In this document: in pieces, positions 58,293-64,000 of the stretch
Layout: every line of letters starts with the position of its first letter
How positions within the stretch are numbered: position 1 is the stretch's first letter
Assembly: GCA_037444505.1 (NCBI GenBank)
Contig: JBBIMH010000014.1
Coordinates: 2,206-66,205 of the forward strand
Origin: Nitrospirota bacterium
GTDB taxonomy: Bacteria; Nitrospirota; UBA9217
Reading direction: 5' to 3'
DNA: 64,000 nt
Translations under genes and position numbers: made by a program
Notes under the pieces: model-generated
What the model saw: only the letters and a program-made list of their open reading frames with translations
Databases searched by the model: none
What the model was told of the DNA's origin: nothing

Positions 58293-59591
58293 TCATCTCC
58301 TCCCTTTTATCGTCGCGCCTTTGAGGAAGCCGCCGTAGTGCCTCTGAATAAGGTGCGACTCGATCTGAGACACCGTATCGAGGGCGACGCCTATCACGAT
58401 AAGCAGCGAAGTGCCTCCGAAGTAGAAGGTCACGCGGAACACCTTATAGAATATGTCCGGCAGAACACATACAGCCGCAAGGTACAGAGCACCGCCCAAG
58501 GTTATCCTGGTCAGCACCCGATAGAGATAGTCCGAGGTCTTCTTGCCCGGCCTGATCCCCGGGATGAATCCCCCGTATTTCTTCAGGTTTTCGGCTATGT
58601 CCACCGGATTGAACACAATGGCCGTGTAGAAGAACGCAAAGAAGATAATCATGATCACATAGGCCGTTGTGTACAGAAACTTTCCGGGCATAAGCTGCTC
58701 AGAAATCGACTTCACCCAACCCACCTCTGCGAAACCGGCGATGGTCGCTGGAAACAGCAGTATAGAAGACGCAAATATGGGCGGGATTACGCCTGCAGAA
58801 TTTATCTTGAGCGGCAGATGCGTGCTCTGGCCCCTGTATATCTTGCGTCCCACCATACGTTGGGCATACTGTATTGGTATCCGGCGCTGGCCCCGCTCCA
58901 TAACGATTATGGCGGCCACGACGACGACCACAATGGCGAGTATCACCAGGGCCATGAAATAGGGGATCTCTCCCGCCTTCATGAGGGTTATGGTGCTGCC
59001 AACCGCCCGCGGAAGGCCCGCCACTATGCCCGCGAAGATTATGAGGGAGATCCCATTGCCGATCCCCCGCTCTGTTATCTGCTCGCCCAGCCACATGATG
59101 AAGGTGGTGCCTGCTGTAAGCGTGATCATGGTCAATATGCGGAATGACCAGCCTGTGGCCTCGACGAATGCGCCCGCCCCCATCTTCTCTATACCCACGG
59201 CGATCCAGAAGGACTGGAACGCCGCAATGAACACCGTGCCGTATCTGGTGTACTCCGTGATCTTCTTCCTGCCGGCCTCGCCCTCCTTGGCAAGGGCCTG
59301 TAGGCTCGGCACCACCACCGTGAGGAGCTGAAGCACGATGGAGGCGGTTATGTAGGGCATGATGTTTAGAGCGAATATGGTAAGCCTGGACAAAGCGCCG
59401 CCCGAGAACATGTCAAAAAAGCCCATCAGCCCTGAGGCGGCCTGGTGAAGATACTGGCTGAGCGCCTCGCCTTTGACGCCGGGGGTCGGTATATGAGCGC
59501 CTATTCGGTACACCACGAGCATCATCATGGTGAACATGATCCGTGTCCGAAGCTCAGGTATGTTGAATATGTTCTTCAGGCCAGCAAACAA
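58293..59591 (-). CDS. secY: Preprotein translocase subunit SecY
   Basis: Ten-TM pattern with conserved SecY segments (LNIMPYITASI, GEQITERGIGNGISLII). Confidence 0.95.
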   Translation of the reverse strand: MFAGLKNIFNIPELRTRIMFTMMMLVVYRIGAHIPTPGVKGEALSQYLHQAASGLMGFFDMFSGGALSRLTIFALNIMPYITASIVLQLLTVVVPSLQALAKEGEAGRKKITEYTRYGTVFIAAFQSFWIAVGIEKMGAGAFVEATGWSFRILTMITLTAGTTFIMWLGEQITERGIGNGISLIIFAGIVAGLPRAVGSTITLMKAGEIPYFMALVILAIVVVVVAAIIVMERGQRRIPIQYAQRMVGRKIYRGQSTHLPLKINSAGVIPPIFASSILLFPATIAGFAEVGWVKSISEQLMPGKFLYTTAYVIMIIFFAFFYTAIVFNPVDIAENLKKYGGFIPGIRPGKKTSDYLYRVLTRITLGGALYLAAVCVLPDIFYKVFRVTFYFGGTSLLIVIGVALDTVSQIESHLIQRHYGGFLKGATIKGRR

Positions 59592-59593
59592 AC

Positions 59594-60034
59594 TCAGATC
59601 ACCTCGGCCTTTCCGCCCGCAGCCTGTATCTTCTCTAATGCGTTCTTGCTGAATTTATGCGCCTGGACAACTATCTTTGACTTGAGCTCGCCCATGCCCA
59701 GCACCTTGAGACCGTCCTTCAGGTCCTTCACAACGCCCTTTTCACGAAGCAGTTCGGGAGTGAGAGTCCCCTGGTCCGCAAGCGGCGCAAGATCGTCAAG
59801 GTTCACTATTGCATATTCCCTGCGGAACGGGTTCTTGAAGCCCCGCTTCGGCAAGCGGCGCTGCAGAGGCATCTGGCCTCCTTCGAACCCGGGACCCTTC
59901 ACGCCGCCTGAGCGCGCCTTCTGGCCCTTATGGCCTTTTGTTGATGTCTTGCCGTGGCCCGAGCCAGGTCCCCTGCCGATTCTCTTCGGCTTCTTCTTGG
60001 CCCCGGGGACAGGCCTTAATTCTTCGAGTCTCAT
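59594..60034 (-). CDS. rplO: 50S ribosomal protein L15
   Basis: [27 protein letters not shown] signature. Confidence 0.95.
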   Translation of the reverse strand: MRLEELRPVPGAKKKPKRIGRGPGSGHGKTSTKGHKGQKARSGGVKGPGFEGGQMPLQRRLPKRGFKNPFRREYAIVNLDDLAPLADQGTLTPELLREKGVVKDLKDGLKVLGMGELKSKIVVQAHKFSKNALEKIQAAGGKAEVI

Positions 60035-60082
60035 ACAATCTCTCTCTTACAATGGATATATTAGAAAACAGTCTTTTCAGCC

Positions 60083-60271
60083 TTATTCGACAGACACGAG
60101 ATGAGACACCTTGTTTATCATCCCGCGTATCTCCGGTGTATCAGGCCGGATCACTGTCTTGTTCGGCCTCGTGAGTCCTAAGCCCGCGAGGACGGCTTTG
60201 TGCTTGCCCGGTCTCGATATGGCGCTCCTTATGAGCGTAATCTTGATCGTCTTTGCTCCAGCCTTAGCCAT
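60083..60271 (-). CDS. rpmD: 50S ribosomal protein L30
   Basis: [25 protein letters not shown] signature. The start was trimmed to the ATG at 60271, just after the rpsE stop. Confidence 0.93.
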   Translation of the reverse strand: MAKAGAKTIKITLIRSAISRPGKHKAVLAGLGLTRPNKTVIRPDTPEIRGMINKVSHLVSVE

Positions 60272-60273
60272 GT

Positions 60274-60801
60274 CTATGCCAACTCCTCCACTTTTTTGCC
60301 CCGAAGCGAAGCCACTGCCTCGGGACCGCGCAGCTTGCACAGTCCGTTCATTGTCGCGCTGACCACGTTGTGAGGGTTGCTCGAGCCCAAAGACTTGCAG
60401 AGCACATTTCTGACGCCGGCGACCTCGAGCACCGCCCTGCTCGCGCCTCCTGCAATAAGGCCGGTGCCCTCTGCAGCCGGCTTCAAGAGGACCTTGCCGG
60501 CGCCGAAGCGGCCGAGCACCTCATGAGGGATGGTGTCGCCCTTGAGAGACAACGGAATCATGTTTTTCTTAGCCCGTTCCACTGCCTTCTTTATCGCCAC
60601 CGGAGCCTCAGCCGCCTTCCCCTTGCCGACTCCTACCATTCCCTTTCCGTTACCCACCACCACAAGGGCGCTGAAGTTGAAGCGCTTGCCGCCCTTCACC
60701 ACCTTCGCCACGCGGTTCAATGAGACCAGCCGGTCCTTAAGCTCCTGGGCCTCGCCGCCCTCGTCTTTCTTCTCGTATCTCTCAGCCAAAGCAGCCTCCA
60801 A
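60274..60801 (-). CDS. rpsE: 30S ribosomal protein S5
   Basis: [22 protein letters not shown] signature. Confidence 0.95.
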   Translation of the reverse strand: MEAALAERYEKKDEGGEAQELKDRLVSLNRVAKVVKGGKRFNFSALVVVGNGKGMVGVGKGKAAEAPVAIKKAVERAKKNMIPLSLKGDTIPHEVLGRFGAGKVLLKPAAEGTGLIAGGASRAVLEVAGVRNVLCKSLGSSNPHNVVSATMNGLCKLRGPEAVASLRGKKVEELA

Positions 60802-60819
60802 ATATGAAATTACCCAATG

Positions 60820-61182
60820 CTAAAACTTCAGCCCTTGCTCGCGTGCGGCGTCGGCCAGTGCCTTTATGCAGCCATGATACCTGTATCCTCCCCGGTCGAA
60901 GACTACCTGGCCGATATTCTTGCTCAGCGCCTTCTGTGCGATAGCGGCGCCCACTTTCTTCGCCGCCTCTACATTTCCGCCTGTGCGCGCTCCCGCCGCC
61001 ACATCCTTGTCGAGCGTAGATGCCGACACGATGGTCCTACCCGCTGTATCGTCGACAAGCTGGGCATATATATGCCTCAGGCTCTTATAAACGGTAAGTC
61101 TCGGTTTCTGCGGCATGCCGACCACTTTCTTCCTTATCCTGCGGTGACGTCTATGTCTCGATTCCACCTTGCTCAGTGCCAC
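60820..61182 (-). CDS. rplR: 50S ribosomal protein L18
   Basis: [18 protein letters not shown] and [10 protein letters not shown] signatures. Confidence 0.95.
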   Translation of the reverse strand: MALSKVESRHRRHRRIRKKVVGMPQKPRLTVYKSLRHIYAQLVDDTAGRTIVSASTLDKDVAAGARTGGNVEAAKKVGAAIAQKALSKNIGQVVFDRGGYRYHGCIKALADAAREQGLKF

Positions 61183-61233
61183 TTCTCCGCTCCAGTCAGA
61201 AATAGTTTATGCGAATATTTATGCGTCAGGGCC

Positions 61234-61782
61234 CTATTTGCCGCCCTTGCTCGCCTTTCCTTCCTTCATGTGTATCTTCTCAGTGCTGTACTTTATACCC
61301 TTGCCCTTATAAGGCTCCGGCAGCTTCAGACTCCGTATGTTTGCGGCGGTCTGGCCTACGAGCTGCTTATCTACGCCCTTCAGAATGATCTGTGTCTGCT
61401 TCGCATCCACGACAGCCTTTATGCCCTTAGGCAAGGGATAGACAACCGGATGCGAAAAGCCCAGGCTGAACATCAGGTTGCTTCCGTGCAAAGCCGCCTT
61501 GTACCCGACGCCGAAGATCTCGAGCGTCTTCTCATAGCCCTTGCTCACGCCGGTGACCATATTGGCAATGAGATTGCGAACGAGCCCGTGCAGCTCCCTG
61601 TAGTGTTTCTGGTCGGAAGGCCTCTCGACCACAAGCTTGTTGTCAACCTTCTTCACTGTAAGCTTAGGGTGCACCGTCTGACTGATCTCGCCGAGCGGGC
61701 CTTTGACAGTGATCCTGCCCGGCTCGATCCTCGCCTCCACGCCGGAGGGCAATTCTATTGGTTTTCTGCCTATCCTCGACAT
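61234..61782 (-). CDS. rplF: 50S ribosomal protein L6
   Basis: MSRIGRKPIELPSGV signature. The ATG at 61782 was chosen. Confidence 0.95.
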   Translation of the reverse strand: MSRIGRKPIELPSGVEARIEPGRITVKGPLGEISQTVHPKLTVKKVDNKLVVERPSDQKHYRELHGLVRNLIANMVTGVSKGYEKTLEIFGVGYKAALHGSNLMFSLGFSHPVVYPLPKGIKAVVDAKQTQIILKGVDKQLVGQTAANIRSLKLPEPYKGKGIKYSTEKIHMKEGKASKGGK

Positions 61783-61822
61783 TTCAACCTGCCTCGAATT
61801 CAAGTTCGGAACAGCCCGGCCT

Positions 61823-62218
61823 CTACCATACGTGGCAGAGCACTTCTCCGCCCACCCTGTCCTTCTTCGCCTGTTTGTTGGTCTGGACGCCTTTGGGAGT
61901 GGACATTATAGCGACCCCGAGTCCGCCCATGACCTTGGGTATGGAATCCACACCCACATACACCCGGCAGCCCGGCCTGCTTATCCGCTTCAGACCCTGT
62001 ATCGCCGGGCTCTCATCGTCGGTATACTTAAGATATACGCGTATAAGCCCCTGCCTCCGGTCCTTCACGAGTTTCACGTTCTTGACATACCCCTCATCCT
62101 TGAGAATCTTCGCAATCTGGACCTTGATCTTGGACGACGGTATATCAACCTTCTCCATCTTCATCTTGTTTGCGTTCCGTATGCGAGTAAGCATATCGGC
62201 TATCGGATCTGTCATCAT
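61823..62218 (-). CDS. rpsH: 30S ribosomal protein S8
   Basis: [15 protein letters not shown] signature. Confidence 0.95.
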   Translation of the reverse strand: MMTDPIADMLTRIRNANKMKMEKVDIPSSKIKVQIAKILKDEGYVKNVKLVKDRRQGLIRVYLKYTDDESPAIQGLKRISRPGCRVYVGVDSIPKVMGGLGVAIMSTPKGVQTNKQAKKDRVGGEVLCHVW

Positions 62219-62274
62219 CTGGCTCTAACCTCGCGATAGACTGTTGCTATAAAGTGATACATACCGGCGGCGTG

Positions 62275-62460
62275 CTACCAGCTCGCCTTTATCACGCCCG
62301 GTATCTCTCCGCGCAGGGCCCTGTTCCTGAAACATATGCGGCACATCCCGAATTTCCGCAGATACCCTCTCGAGCGGCCGCACAGCGGACACCTGTGATA
62401 CGCCCTGACCTTGAATTTGGGCTCTCTCTTCGCCTTCGCTATCAATGACTTCTTCGCCAT
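62275..62460 (-). CDS. rpsN: 30S ribosomal protein S14, type Z (zinc-binding)
   Basis: 61 aa, with [22 protein letters not shown]. Confidence 0.95.
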   Translation of the reverse strand: MAKKSLIAKAKREPKFKVRAYHRCPLCGRSRGYLRKFGMCRICFRNRALRGEIPGVIKASW

Positions 62461-62477
62461 CTTCCGCCCCTTCCGGA

Positions 62478-63179
62478 TTACTTTCTGAACGGCATGCCGA
62501 GGTGACTGAGCAGCGCCCTTCCCTCTTCGTCCGTCTTAGCTGTGGTTACGATAGATATATCGAGCCCGTGGATAGATTCTATCTTGTCGAGCTCTATCTC
62601 AGGGAATATGACCTGCTCTTTTATGCCGATGGAATAATTGCCCCTCCCATCGAACGACTTGGTCGGCACGCCCTTGAAGTCCCTGATACGCGGAAGCGCC
62701 GCGCTCAGGAACCGGTCGAGAAATTCATACATCCGTTCGCGTCTCAGGGTGACCATGCAGCCGATCGGCATCCCTTCCCTAAGCTTAAATGTAGCGATAG
62801 ATTTCTTAGCCCGCGTAATGACCGGCCGCTGACCGCTGATCCGCGCCATCTCATCCACCGCATGGTCGAGGGCCTTTGCATTGGTAATCGCCTCCCCCAT
62901 ACCCATGTTCAGCACGATCTTGACGAGCCTCGGCACCTGCATCACGTTTTTGTAGTTGAACTGCTTCATGAGCGCAGGCACAACCGTCTTCTCGTACCGC
63001 TCCTTGAGCCTGGGCACGAGTTTCGGCTCCGCGGCCTTCGGCCTGGGCGCTGCGGTTGCGGCCTCTTTCTCAGCCGCCGCCTCCTTGGCCTTGGGTTTCG
63101 CAGACTCCTTCGGCTTGGCAGGCGCCTTCTTCGCTGTCTCCGCCTTTTTTGCTGTTGTCTTGTCTTTCTTCTCAGCCAT
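62478..63179 (-). CDS. rplE: 50S ribosomal protein L5, ORF with a 54-aa Lys/Ala-rich N-terminal extension
   Basis: The core starts at (V)PRLKERYEK... and matches L5. The ATG at 63179 adds [32 protein letters not shown]... An alternative in-frame GTG start at 63017 would give a canonical-length L5. Confidence 0.9.
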   Translation of the reverse strand: MAEKKDKTTAKKAETAKKAPAKPKESAKPKAKEAAAEKEAATAAPRPKAAEPKLVPRLKERYEKTVVPALMKQFNYKNVMQVPRLVKIVLNMGMGEAITNAKALDHAVDEMARISGQRPVITRAKKSIATFKLREGMPIGCMVTLRRERMYEFLDRFLSAALPRIRDFKGVPTKSFDGRGNYSIGIKEQVIFPEIELDKIESIHGLDISIVTTAKTDEEGRALLSHLGMPFRK

Positions 63180-63276
63180 ATGTCCCTGAATATCCGCTGT
63201 GTATAAGCTGTTTATTTGAAATCTCCGCCGGGCTGGATCCCGGACGGTCTACCTCATGCACTATTGCGAGAGCTCA

Positions 63277-63588
63277 TCAATCGATCGGCTCATTGCAGGC
63301 CTTGCACACCCTTATCCTTGCGCCTTCGCCCTCAGAGCGCCTCGTCACCCGTGTGGGTTTGTCGCACCTCGGGCAGACAAGCCTGACATTGGCTGCAGAG
63401 ATAGGCGCCTCCTTCTCCACTATGCCGCCCTGCCTGAGCTGGGGGTTCGGTCTTGTATGGCGCTTGATTATATTAAGCTTCTCTACAACCAGCCTGTTCT
63501 GGCTCGGATAGACCGCTATCACCCTACCCCGCTTGCCCCTCTCTCTGCCGCTCGTTATTATGACCGTATCGTTCTTTCTTATCTGCAT
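63277..63588 (-). CDS. rplX: 50S ribosomal protein L24
   Basis: IRKNDTVIITSGRERGKRGRV (KOW motif). Confidence 0.95.
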   Translation of the reverse strand: MQIRKNDTVIITSGRERGKRGRVIAVYPSQNRLVVEKLNIIKRHTRPNPQLRQGGIVEKEAPISAANVRLVCPRCDKPTRVTRRSEGEGARIRVCKACNEPID

Positions 63589-63638
63589 AATGAATACCCG
63601 CCGTCGATATCTCGTAAAAATTTCCTACTTGACGATGC

Positions 63639-64000
63639 CTACAGCACCTCCGGCGCAAGCGAAATAATCTTCATGAAATTCTTCTTGCGCAGCTCGCGCG
63701 CCACCGGGCCGAAGATGCGGGTGCCGATGGGCTCGTTCTGATTGTTGATGAGCACCGCCGCATTGTGATCGAATTTGATATAGGAGCCGTCCGGCCTCCT
63801 TACCTCCTTGGCGGTACGCACCACCACAGCCTTGGCTACAGTACCCTTCTTCACCTGGCCTTCTGGGATGGCGGCCTTTATGGCGACGACAATCACGTCG
63901 CCCAAGGTCGCATATCTCTTACGCGTGCCGCCCAGCACTTTGATGCACATTACCTTTTTCGCGCCGGAGTTGTCCGCAACATCGAGAACAGTCTGCTGCT
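63639..64000 (-). CDS. rplN: 50S ribosomal protein L14 (5' end runs off the window)
   Basis: ..[24 protein letters not shown]... is the L14 N-terminal signature. The frame stays open to the window edge. Confidence 0.93.
   Translation of the reverse strand, partial: QQTVLDVADNSGAKKVMCIKVLGGTRKRYATLGDVIVVAIKAAIPEGQVKKGTVAKAVVVRTAKEVRRPDGSYIKFDHNAAVLINNQNEPIGTRIFGPVARELRKKNFMKIISLAPEVL

Noticed and set aside
1-64000. Search for CRISPR arrays, tRNA/rRNA/tmRNA genes, integrases or intact insertion sequences.
   Set aside because: None were recognised by eye. The only repeats are the dispersed families A and B, which are not arrayed and have no regularly spaced spacers. tRNAscan/Infernal would be needed to exclude small RNAs formally.

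Overview
64-kb chromosomal window from a diderm bacterium that looks moderately GC-rich by eye. BamA, a sigma-54 activator, an HD-GYP regulator, citramalate synthase and an ApgM-type enzyme suggest an anaerobic Desulfobacterota/Nitrospirota-like lineage, but that is inference only. There are about 65 genes, almost all on the minus strand.

Gene blocks:
(1) 1-9.9 kb: housekeeping genes. These are the typA 3' end, an Fe-S/DUF3786 protein, tlyA, three M16 peptidases with dut between them, a divergent EF-G paralog and an rseC-like gene.
(2) 10.1-19.1 kb: an aspartate-family/isoleucine biosynthesis cluster (cimA, lysC, ApgM-like gene, hom, aminotransferase). A five-gene protein-thiocarboxylate sulfur-relay module is embedded in it: NIL, MoaD-like carrier with a post-GG tail, JAMM protease, E1, TusA.
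(3) 19.6-22.9 kb: a hybrid histidine kinase and a SAM methyltransferase.
(4) 22.9-25.4 kb: a visibly AT-rich island carrying one AAA+ ATPase with a C-terminal PD-(D/E)xK-like motif.
(5) 25.4-35.8 kb: argD, argF, coaD-rsmD, nfeD-SPFH-marC, a nitroreductase and bamA.
(6) 35.9-50.5 kb: a dense signalling region. It holds a small Cys4 protein-REC-RpoS-like sigma operon, a NarL-type two-component pair, and a seven-gene operon. That operon encodes three kinases, a PhnD-like binding protein, a REC-GAF-HD-GYP protein, an NtrC-type activator and an LplA-like protein.
(7) 50.6-53.6 kb: a decayed multi-LamG surface-protein pseudogene with a possible transposase remnant next to it.
(8) 53.9-64.0 kb: the alpha/spc ribosomal protein operons (rplQ to rplN). 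No adk lies between secY and map.

Non-coding highlights are two dispersed repeat families. Family A is a nested-palindrome, MITE/REP-like element with 4 loci. Family B is about 125 nt with 2 loci, each directly 5' of a start codon.

No rRNA, tRNA or CRISPR array was seen by eye.
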